Below, one piece after another: positions 12,654-23,100 of a stretch of DNA of 50,427 bases (position 1 is its first letter; each line of letters opens with the position of its first letter). This stretch comes from Nemertoderma westbladi (lineage: Eukaryota > Animalia > Xenacoelomorpha): assembly GCA_032718475.1 (NCBI GenBank), contig JAUCBJ010000029.1:1-50427 (forward strand), in the 5' to 3' direction. Both the position numbers and the translations under genes were made by a program. The notes beneath the pieces are model-generated. The model was not told the DNA's origin and did not search any database. It was given only the letters and a program-made list of their open reading frames with translations.

Positions 12654-14000
12654 ATGAATCAACAAATTAATGTATTGAAAGATAAATCCTCCGATTCCAA
12701 TGCCGGTATAAAGAAAGAACCAACAGACTCAATAATTATCAAGAAAGAACCAACAGACTGTGTCCCTTATTCTTTTGAAGTTAAACAAGATAACTGCGTT
12801 TACAGCTCATCTCTCATCGAAGATCACAACAAATTGTTCAGTGGAGTAGATGTTGTCCCTGTAATAGATGACGAAGATATTTCTTATGAAACATCTGGAG
12901 ATCCTTTTGTTTTCGAAAAACGGGAAAACGACAGTCCAGACTGTTTGTCTGGTTGGTATTTTGAAGCTGCAGATACAGACATTCATGGTCATCAATCTGT
13001 TTCTGGGTTGCAGTTTATCAGTGGAAAATCTGAAGGTTGTTTAGTTACTGAACCATTAATAGAAACTCAATCTGTTAAAGAAAAATTTAACGTTGCTGGT
13101 ACCTCTCGTGACAACGTTGATCTTTGCAGATCTACTGAACCGACAATAAGTTGTACAACAACAGTATCCGGTAGTTCTAATGAAACTGTTGGAGAGTTCC
13201 AATCACCTTCAGATACCAGTTCCTGCTTCCATTGCAATGAATTATTTAATGATAAAGGAAATTTAGAGAAACATATAGAATCCGTTCATAAGGAAGTCAA
13301 GAAGAAGTATAAATGCGATTATTGTGAGAAAATGTTTTCAAGTAAGAGGTATGTGAAGGTACATATCGACTCTATCCATGAATGTATTAAGTATAATTGC
13401 GGTTATTGTGGTAAAGAATGCAGTCAGCAAAACAATCTAAATGCCCATGTCAACTATTTTCATAAAGATATAAAGTACAGCTGCTTTGAATGTGATAAAT
13501 CATTTACTACAAAAGGCGGTCTAAAACAACATTTCGACTCTATCCATAAACATATCAAACATAAGTGCGTTTATTGTAATAAGGGATTCAGCCAGCGAGG
13601 CGGTCTACACATTCATATCAATAACTTTCATAAAGGAATTAAACATAATTGCGGTTATTGTAATAAAGAATTCTGTCTGCAAAGCTACCTAAACGACCAC
13701 ATTAACTTTGCCCACAGAGGTATCAGCAAGTACAGCTGCATTGATTGTGGAACATCATTTGTGACAAAAACCGGTTTAAAACAACATGTCGACTCTATCC
13801 ATAAAGGGGTTAAATATAACTGCGGTTATTGTAACAAAGAATTCATCAAGCAAGTCGCTCTAAATTCTCATGTCAACAAGTTACATAAAGGAAACAGAAA
13901 CAGAAGCTATGATTGTTCTATCTGCCATAAACAAATTTCTAATGGATATGAACTTAAGAGGCACAATGATTCTGTTCATAAATCTAAAAGTGAACGCTAA
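12654..14000 (+). CDS. C2H2 zinc-finger protein, 9 tandem fingers after an acidic N-terminal region
   Basis: Uninterrupted ORF (first ATG 12654) with nine CxxC-x12-HxxxxH units, mostly joined by (K/E)xIKY/H linkers. IKKEP motifs are present N-terminally, and AATAAA lies at about 14075. Confidence 0.9.
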   Translation: MNQQINVLKDKSSDSNAGIKKEPTDSIIIKKEPTDCVPYSFEVKQDNCVYSSSLIEDHNKLFSGVDVVPVIDDEDISYETSGDPFVFEKRENDSPDCLSGWYFEAADTDIHGHQSVSGLQFISGKSEGCLVTEPLIETQSVKEKFNVAGTSRDNVDLCRSTEPTISCTTTVSGSSNETVGEFQSPSDTSSCFHCNELFNDKGNLEKHIESVHKEVKKKYKCDYCEKMFSSKRYVKVHIDSIHECIKYNCGYCGKECSQQNNLNAHVNYFHKDIKYSCFECDKSFTTKGGLKQHFDSIHKHIKHKCVYCNKGFSQRGGLHIHINNFHKGIKHNCGYCNKEFCLQSYLNDHINFAHRGISKYSCIDCGTSFVTKTGLKQHVDSIHKGVKYNCGYCNKEFIKQVALNSHVNKLHKGNRNRSYDCSICHKQISNGYELKRHNDSVHKSKSER

Positions 14001-14110
14001 CAAACTTATTCTTTTTGTTTTGAGCTATTTTTTATATGTATGTGGTCATTATAACTATTCACTTTCAGAGTGAAAATAAACGATTATTAATTTTTTTTTA
14101 ATTTACTTAA

Positions 14111-15595
14111 CCTATTTAATACCTATTTTAACGAAAACGTATGATTTTTTGTTTTTACGTAGATTTCACAGGTCTGAATCCGACCGAGAAAACAAATTCG
14201 AAAAAAAGTACTGGGATGGTTATTTTGCAGCACCAAAATTGCAAGTAGTGAACAATTTTCATAAAATTTGAAAGTTACAATTTTCGGCTAATTGTTTTTC
14301 AATACTGGTTTTCTGGTGCGTAAAATCCATTGGAAAATAGTTAAAAATAATATGATTACTGATTAGTATAAATGGCTGTTTTAGTCCTCTACGGTGGTAA
14401 AGAATTAAAAAAACATGTAACCAGCACTTTTTAGTGTGAACACAAAATTTTCGATTCACTTTTACGGTGCTTTAAATTCACATTTTTAGGTTTTCATGGC
14501 CGCTGATTCTATTGGAATACATTTCTAATTTGCCAGATCATTGCTATCGTATTTTTCGGCGTAATATGGCAAATTTTGGTGCTGGGACCAAATTTCGTAC
14601 CCATCACCAAAAATTACAAGTTTGCGATGTCCAGTGCTGTTTTTATTGATTCCATCGGATTCAGGACCCTCATAAACCCGTATAACGCAAGAAACAATAT
14701 TATACAATCTATTGATCAATTTGCCTATTTTCAAAAATATGGTGCTGACAAAACAATTTTCACCCACCGGCGAAAAGTACAAGTTTGAAAATTCGTATGC
14801 AATTTTTACTTATTCCATTGAATTCAGAACCATCATAAACCCGTATAACGCTAGAAAGAATGTGACACAATCAATTGATATATATTTGATGGTTTTCAAA
14901 ATTTGTGTGCTTGCACCAAATTTGCACCCACTTCCGAAAAATACAAGTTTGAGATGTCTAGTTGGAAAATTATTTATTCCATTGAAATCAGAACCGGCAT
15001 AAACCTCTAAAACGCGAGAAATAAGTTGTCAGAAGCAATTTAACTATTGAATAGATTTTCAATATTTCGTGCTGGCACCAAATAAAATTTTGCACACAGC
15101 GCTGAAAAATACAAGTTTGATACGCCTGTTGCAACTCGTATATACTACATCGAAACCAGAACCACAAAAAACCCTATTGCGCAAAAAAACAGTTTCAAAC
15201 AATCAATTTACAAAATTGACATATTTCCAAATTTGGTTAAAATTCAAGGCTTGCACCAAAATTTGGAACCCACCGAAAAAAGTTTGAAATTTCTAGCTCA
15301 TTCTTTTATATCTTTTATATTTCATCTAATTGCAAACACCAAAAAAACGGTGTAAATCAAAAATAGAGAAGTTACAAATCATATTTCATGAAATGAAATT
15401 TTCAAAAAACGTCTCAAAAAGTCTCAAAAGTAGGGTTAAAAAATGGTGCTGTAACTCCCCAACATTTAAAAAAACCCTATTAGGAAGACAATAGATTTTC
15501 AGATCCCAACTGCGTTTGATTCAGAGTTGTAACGAAAAAATCACGGGGGAGGGGGGCGGGGCGTCATATTGCCCCACTCCACGGGTTTAATAGGG
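14111..15595. mobile_element. Possible non-autonomous piggyBac-like element with internal ~165-bp degenerate tandem repeats
   Basis: TTAA on both sides (14107-14110, 15596-15599) and imperfect ends CCTATTTAATACC / GGGTTTAATAGGG. AAAA(T)ACAAGTTTG anchors recur near 14610, 14773, 14937, 15106 and 15277. Confidence 0.4.
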
Positions 15596-16115
15596 TTAAG
15601 TAGTATAGGGCTACCTGTTGACTGCTGTGGCTAAGAACAACGAAGTTGTCATTGATTGGCCAATTTGTGTTGGCGAATAGCCGTGAGGGCTGTCTTTGAC
15701 TCTTGATGACTCATCTCTTTTTAAACGAAATTTAGATTGTGTTACACATTTGCATATGGTCAGCTTTCTAACAGTGCCAACAACAAATCACTATGAAGTT
15801 GAAGAATAACTGTGGTGTTGGTGTAACTGATGCAATATCGTCGGAGCAAACGCTTCTGGTTAAATAGGAATGCAAAAATGAATTCCTTCCTGGCTCTCCC
15901 ACTAAGGATGATGGAGGTCAAAATATCTATGTTTCAAATTTGGTGCAAAGCTACGCCACCAATTTAAAAATCGCGCCGATCGCAGATAGGCGATGCCATG
16001 CTGGCTGCCCCGGCGCAGCCATTCCTGGACATATCTGAGCCATCTCCCGGCGCAAGTTGAAATTCTGCGACGAACGTGTTCGGCATACATGTGAAACTTT
16101 TCAATAGGGAGGAAA

Positions 16116-16459
16116 GGATCTAAGTTCCTATGGGAAGGATCTAAGTTCGTATGGGTAGGATCTAAGTTCCTATGGGTAGGATCTAAGTTCCTATGGGTAG
16201 GATCTAAGTTCCTATGGGTAGGATCTAAGTTCCTATGGGTAGGATCTAAGTTCCTATGGGTAGGATCTAAGTTCCTATGGGTAGGATCTAAGTTCCTATG
16301 GGTAGGATCTAAGTTCCTATGGGTAGGATCTAAGTTCCTATGGGTAGGATCTAAGTTCCTATGGGTAGGATCTAAGTTCCTATGGGTAGGATCTATGTTC
16401 ACCCAAGATCTAAGTTCGTTCAGGATCTAAGGTGCTCTAGGATCTAAAGCCGGGGAACC
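16116..16459. repeat. 21-bp tandem array (13 units plus a partial) forming the right arm of a Mutator-like foldback element
   Basis: GGATCTAAGTTCCTATGGGTA repeats from 16116 to about 16400, then a terminus ...GGATCTAAAGCCGGGGAACC matches the terminus at 42277. Confidence 0.9.
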
Positions 16460-18424
16460 CATCTGTACATGGGTAAAACGAACTTAGATCCTGCAGGGCC
16501 TGACTTTGATGAACTTATCTTTGCGAACTTTATGTCCTACAGTATATATGCGAACATAGATCCTATCTGGGTGAATTTAGATCCTAACTACTGTAGGTGA
16601 ACTTAGATCCTATTTTATGCTATTAAAAGCCTTTGATAATCATCATGCTAGTCGCGAAGCGATGTTAGGTGAAGTTAGATCCCAATTTATATAAATCCCT
16701 TAGCACACGCTAGAGGATAAGCGAACTTAGATCCCACGTGTACTGTGCGATGGCCGCGTTCTATCGATACTAGAAAGAAGCCCGGGGGAAAAATCCTAGC
16801 TAAGACTATTACAAAGCTAACTATGTCAGTCAGCAGTAAGTAAACTAAACAATTGTCTAAACTGTGAGGCTAGCTGACTTTGTGGCTCGCCTCACATAAT
16901 AAAAAATGCAACTTAGCTGCTACCACTAACAAAAATATAATATGAAGCCAATAATTTTCTTATCAAGCACGTTTACAAGATATAAGATACGATTACCGAA
17001 TATTTATAATAAAAAAAAATTCAAGGGAAGTCTGACAGAGAGTAGCCTAATCTTAACCACTAAATGTCATTCAACTATAAAACATTTTGCAATCCACAGT
17101 AAGTAACAACTGCAATAGGACACAACACACTGCTTTGTGTAACTAAAATTCATAGCAGTGTAGATCTACCCTTAGGAAGCACTGGGAGAGCAATCAGCTT
17201 ATGGGGTAATACATTAGAAACCCACAGTTTGTGTGTGAGTAAACATTGCCTTACCTTATAGCGTACAAGTAAAACTTGGCAACCAACACATTTTACTCTG
17301 ACTGTGTATAACTCTAGCATATTATTATGCCATATTTCATCGTGAACACCAGCTGTTATTTTTCCATTGGTTTTAATTTCGCGACAAAATAATGTCAAAA
17401 AAAAACGAAATATATCGAATACCACACATAGAATCGATCTGAAATTTTGTAACGCGATTATGAACCACCAAAGCAATGTACAGTAGCCTACTTTCAAAAT
17501 TTCATCAAAATCGCCAGGCAGGAAGTGCCTGAACCTGGATAATTACCAGTCAGTCAGTGTTATACAGTATATCCTGAGATTTTTACAGTAAGTATCCCTG
17601 AGATTTTTACTGTTCGCGCTTTCAGACCTTTAGCAGTTTAACCTGCCAATTTTAAATGTCCTTTTGATTATGAATCGACTTTAGCCCTTACCAATTACCT
17701 GGTGTACTGAAGTTATATCTGCCGAAGCCAGTCCGTGCGCGGCGTATGACCCACAGTGTGGGAGACTGGATTCGGGTTCCTTAGGAAGTATTGCGGTGTA
17801 AGCTACTTTGAATTATTCGATTGATCGCTACTATATAATCTCTGACAACTATATTTACTTTCGGGGAAATATTAACAGTTCCTTTAGGACGTGGCGCTTT
17901 AAGTATAAAAACAGAGTTATGACTTACACTAATCACAACGACTTCACACTACTTTACACTACTTCACACTAATTTGCCGACCGTCACTGAATTTGATCAT
18001 ATATAAGGAGGATTGCAACTGACACATGTAGGGATTATGAAATAGCATTTAATTCACACAAAACCACTACAATTTAAGTCGCAGTTGCTACCGGTAGACT
18101 CTTTCTCCGCTTACCTCAGTAATCAAGAAGATTGAGGGGGTTTACGATTATTTATCGGTATTCTCCAAATATAACATCCATTAATATAAACAATAATTAA
18201 CACAATATAAAATAGCAGTAAAACAGTGCGGTGAACAGTCAGTATGTGTTCAGCCATATGAGTTGATGTTACGATGATTTGTTATGGTGATTCCGTGATT
18301 CAGTTAATAGATTTACGTTCTTATAACTAAGGTCATCAGATGTTCTTGGGCCAAAGTCTGAAACGACCGTACTTAGTACAGAATTCTGAGATGAATCTAA
18401 TTCTCAGAAAAACGATAACCATTG

Positions 18425-19431
18425 TGTTCGCGCTTTCAGACCTTTAGCAGTTTAACCTGCCAAATTTGGATGTCTTCTAGATAATAAATCGACTTTAGCC
18501 TATGACGAGTATTTGATACACTACATTAGCCGAAGCCAGTCTATGCGCGACCATTCACCCGCTGGATATACCCGGGAGACTGGATTCGGAAGCTTAACCT
18601 TATTGCGGTGTAGGCCTACTGTATTATTCGACTGATCGTAATATATAATCTCTGACAAATATTATTCACTTTCGGGAAATATTAACAGTTCCTTTAGGAC
18701 GTGGCGCTCTAAATATGTAAACAGAGTTATGACTTAAACTAGACACAACGGGATGTTATATGTTCAATCGTTATATGTAACCGGTCTCTCTTACCTTCAG
18801 TATATCAAGAAGATTGAGGGTTTTGTAATTATTTATCGATATTCCAAATATAATAATATTCCATCAACTGATACAATGAATAACCGACAGTAAATAGCAG
18901 TAAAATTGCGGTGTTTGTAGTTGACAATATGATTAGGTGAGTAGGTTTGGTAGGCATGAATTGGTATGAATTGAATTGATAACAGATATACGTTCTATAA
19001 TTAAGCCTACTAATGTTGGGCTAAAGCCTGAAAACACAGAGATTCCAAAGCCGGTCTTCTGGGCTCAGGAAAAAGGTAAACATTGACCCATAATGCATTG
19101 CGCGATTTTCCGGAGGTTTCTGTACAAAAAGCAGGAGAATCGCTCTGATTGGTTGACCGAACAAAGAAACACCAGAGAACAAGGAAAAAGCTACACGTGT
19201 ACAGATCAGCTGTTAGCTGTCGTCATAGTAACTACACTGTTTCAAGAGGATTTAGCGTATTGCGTCATAGAATTGCTAGTTATGTCCGCTAAAGTACACA
19301 TACAGAAGAAATGGCTTTTTATGTCCACTAAAACACCAGTACAGTAAGGAAACGGCTTTTTATGCCCGTTAAACCAACTACAGAGTACTTTGCGGGGAAA
19401 ATAACCGGCTAATTCCGCAAAAGCTTTTACA
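18425..19431 (-). repeat. 3' LTR (1007 bp; carries a 200-bp deletion with a 9-bp filler)
   Basis: Near-identical to 37463-38660, apart from the deletion at 18755/18765 and a couple of substitutions seen by eye. Confidence 0.9.
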
Positions 19432-19440
19432 CCGCTCCCA
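19432..19440 (-). other. Polypurine-tract-like plus-strand primer site
   Basis: The minus strand reads TGGGAGCGG immediately before the TG of the 3' LTR, comparable to GGCGCGCGGGAG before the inner BEL 3' LTR. Confidence 0.6.
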
Positions 19441-19652
19441 GAAAATGGGATTTAAGTCTATAAAATATAAAAAATCACAGTTTCTAAAATATAAAAATAC
19501 TCTAAACAGTTAGTCTTTCTTACGTGGACGGCATTTACGCAGTTTTTTTGAGGCTAGCAAGAGTCCTTTTCTCTTTGGGGCGAGCCACTTTACTAGGAGG
19601 GCTGTAACTCCTGGGTGAAGGGTGCAATACAATTGCATCAGAAGGTTTAGGG

Positions 19653-20870
19653 TTACGGTCGATGTCTCGTCCATTTCAATATGCTTCTCCTCGAGCTGAT
19701 TTTCTTCCGCTTATCGTTGGATGCGTTCGTCCAAAACTCTTGCAGAGAATAGGGTCGTCCAAGTTCGATATCTTCTTAGAGATTCTGGATTTCTTGATCG
19801 AACTGAGATAAAGTTAATTCGTTTACCGCTTGGACTTGCTGCTGCAATTTACGTTTCTCTAAACAATTGTAGGTTCATTTTCCGATCTTTTGACGAATAG
19901 TGTCCAACGCGTTTTGTACAACTCTCTCCTCCGCCTCGGTGACAGGTTGTATCGGGTTAAACAGGGACGATGATATGGTTGAATGACGATATTAGATGTC
20001 CGCGTCCCAATCCGACTAGGTAAGATGGGCGAATATTTAGGGAGCCCACAACCGGAGTGCCACCGACTAACTGTTCGGGTAACACTAGATCTTTGAACAG
20101 TGAGGACAGTTCGGGAGGATCCGTGATACTATTAGGATCAAGAGTCTGAGGTCTAACTAGGGAATGAGGAGGTCTGACCGAGTATTCCGGAACTCTGATC
20201 ATAGGTTTATTTAAGGATCGTTTGAGTCGAGCGAGCGTAGGTGATACATCGAACAAGTTTCGCTCGAAACTCCCGTAAATATAGCGAGTAAAACTGTGTT
20301 TAAAGCAACGTCTCCGTGGATGTTTATGTCTTTCCGTTTGTTGGTTGGGTCTTGGGCATTCATCGCAATAATACCAAAGACGCACGTATTGTAGGGGAAA
20401 CGCGGGTGATATTTATTCGGTGTTACAACGTTTCTCTCAAGAATTCCAAATATATGTTAGAGTTACTGCGTTTATCCGGTTCTTTAACGTCTTCTCTTTC
20501 GAGTCGATTTCGAATAGAATTTTCACATTCGATTTTCAGTTTATCGTTCCAACTCCGCTGGGTAGGATACTCAAAACAGTACCATTTCCCTTTCGGTGTC
20601 GACATCGTCCGTATCGTGTAAATTGATAGAATGACTAGTAGTTAAGAAGTCCATATACATACCATTACGATGCGTATAGCGAGCGGTGAATTTTCTATAG
20701 TCCAATTCACGCGTAAGTTGCTCCTGGGACATTGGCGGTTCGATATAACGACCATCGTCCTCCGTAGTAGTTGGACCAGCGTCGCCGCGTATCAAGCTAT
20801 CAACAAACGCTTGTAAAGGTAGAGTATATCGCTCCCTGATACCAAGATCATCTTCTATCAACTCAGTCAT
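19653..20870 (-). pseudogene. Decayed accessory ORF of unknown function in the env position of the large LTR element
   Basis: A chain of abutting or overlapping same-strand coding-like fragments: 20571-20870, 20423-20605, 19957-20385, and PVTEAEERVVQNALDTIRQKIGK*...RHRP* ending at 19653. They form a GC-richer island; no family recognised. Confidence 0.5.
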
Positions 20871-22539
20871 ATCTGCTATATGAGTTTATCAATATTATAG
20901 TGAGTTTATATTTAGGCTAGCGGGTGTCGCTGCCTACCCCTCTCGGCCCCCGGACAGCGTAAGATCCTCAGCGCTGGTGTACTTTCGCCAATGTGCCTAT
21001 TGCCAACGTCGTAGCTGCACAACGACCATAACAACCAGCGCGAGTCACTCCACCGTCCGTCCCAAAGGCTTAGATTTACTTCAGGTTCTTACTGGAGAGT
21101 TAGGGCTACTTTCACAATTGCGACTCGCTACTGTAAACACACTTTAGTAGTAACATTCACCTATAAACGCACAAATTCCACGCAACTGTCACAAATTGTA
21201 CACATTCGGGCCATTTGTACGTTAGTCAGTGCCTTCCAGAATGCCACGTTATTATTGGGTATCCTGGGATACTAGCAGTGTGCTATTTATTCCTTATGCT
21301 ATTTAATGGGCAAGCTTTATTGTTCTTTTAACTCACTTCTAATTCTAGCGTGGTTGTTGCCATGGTGACATTATGGAAAGCTAGCGGTAGAATTAGGGTA
21401 ATTCCCATGCATACAGATTTAATAGTATAATATAAATAAAGCTATATATAAATAAATATAGCTATTTAATAGTAATTCTTTAATTGTCAATATTTCTCTT
21501 TATACATGATTTTATGAATTTTATCGGCTATTGACTATATATTGGAGATTCTCGCACACTAATATACTTAATAGGGTGAATCTCCGCTCCCATGATCTAT
21601 TAATTAATGGAATTTTGGGAATGTTATAAATTGTATAAAATGACAATTTATCAAATTCATTAAATTATGAATTTAAATTTATTCCCGTAAATTTTATTAT
21701 TTAATATTAAATAGACACAATTTTATTCCAGAACATGTCTGGGGACTGGGATCCTTGATTCTAGGAAATTGGTCTTTTTAAGAGTATCGGTAAGTGCTAC
21801 GATATCTTAATAGACTAGAATTTTAAAGGATCTAAAATTTGACAGATTTTGTAAATATTAATAATTAATATTTAGGATGGGCACCGGTTTATTCCAGAAC
21901 TTGTCTGGGGACATTAACCACTGATTCTAGAATTTTGTCTTTCAAGTATATCGGTGGGTGCCGCGATATCTTAATCGACTAGAATTACAGATGGTCAAAG
22001 GGTTTAACAGATTTATTTTGCGTTATACGCTACTGTTAAAGGGACATCACACTACTATATGTATTATTTAATATACGGTATGAGAGCAATATCGCACGAA
22101 GCAATGTCAGTGAGAAGAGGCAAGTCGTTTCCAAGGTCTACCCAGAGCTTGGTTTAGCCGAGACACGAGGATCTGAATTTTGCATTCCTAATACTCTACT
22201 TTACCAATAATACTTGAATATAGTAGGAGCTTTATTGTACTTTAATAAGTACGGACATTTCATCTTACTGTAGTCACACATTTGTAATGTAATACGGACA
22301 GTAAGGAAAGAGAAAATAATTATTTCTCGCCGTCGCACTAAATATATAATATCTAAGTAATTAAGTAATAAACGCGAATATACATTGCACTAATCTACTA
22401 AATAATCGCTAAAATAACATTCTACTAAATAAAATTAAAGAAAACGATTATAATAAAATTACATAATAATACATACATAAATATAAAATAATAAAAATAA
22501 ATATAAAATAATATAGTCACACACCCACTCCAGACGCTG

Positions 22540-23100
22540 TTACGTTGGGGAGTCCCTAGATGTTTGTTGGATTAGGGAGGTGGTCGTGGGAAGAGTATCT
22601 TGCCTTCCATAGTTTCCGGACAGTTCTCGGTCTCGTTCCAGTAAACAAAAACGACCAACTGGGCGATTGAGCTGCTGTGTCTCGAAGACAATTCCAGGTT
22701 TCCTCTTCGGCCTGGAATAGTGACGACAGAAACATCGCTTCAAATACACGACGGCCTTACAAAGCCGATTCCAGGATCTATAGTGGTCCATCGCTCCCGG
22801 CAGGAGAGGTGAGAGTCCCGGCGAGACGTCTGGTGTTCCAGATCTCCAGTCTCTCTCTCTGATCTCCACAACAGATCGGTTCGCGGTGGGGGAGTTTAGA
22901 TCCACAGCGTCGTCCCTGGCAATGTGTAATACAGACAGATCTATCACGGGTTTAAATAACCTTGTATACTCGTCCGGGTTTTAGGTTTGACTTTCTCCGC
23001 TCCCTTGGCTTGTCTAATCTCAGCCGTGGTAAGATGGGGAGGCCATTCATCTTCTTTACTTAGGAAGTCGGGTCCACCTAACCAGTCAGTCTGGGGTATC
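22540..23100 (-). pseudogene. Vestigial BEL pol fragments (RNase H end, tether, integrase C-terminal tip)
   Basis: The +1 frame at the Gag-PR stop gives WLGGPDFLSKEDEWP (compare WWHGPPWL...SWP in the inner BEL). ORF 22540-22947 has YRSWNRLCKAVVYLKR (compare FSSYSRLLKVTAWILK) and NRPVGRFCLLE (compare TRPVKRLYPLE). Confidence 0.75.

Noticed and set aside
15902-16402. 166-aa ORF with HRNLDPT repeats; also superficially CRISPR-like
   Set aside because: It is a translation of the 21-bp subterminal tandem repeat. There are no unique spacers or cas genes, and the context is eukaryotic.
19093-19347. 84-aa ORF duplicated at 38322-38576
   Set aside because: It lies antisense in the LTR U3 region, is duplicated only because the LTR is, and is not preserved in the solo LTR.
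20951-21059. Hammerhead ribozyme (CUGAGGA and CGAAA present on the minus strand)
   Set aside because: Only about 11 nt separate GAAA from CUGA, too little for stems I and III and a cleavage triplet.
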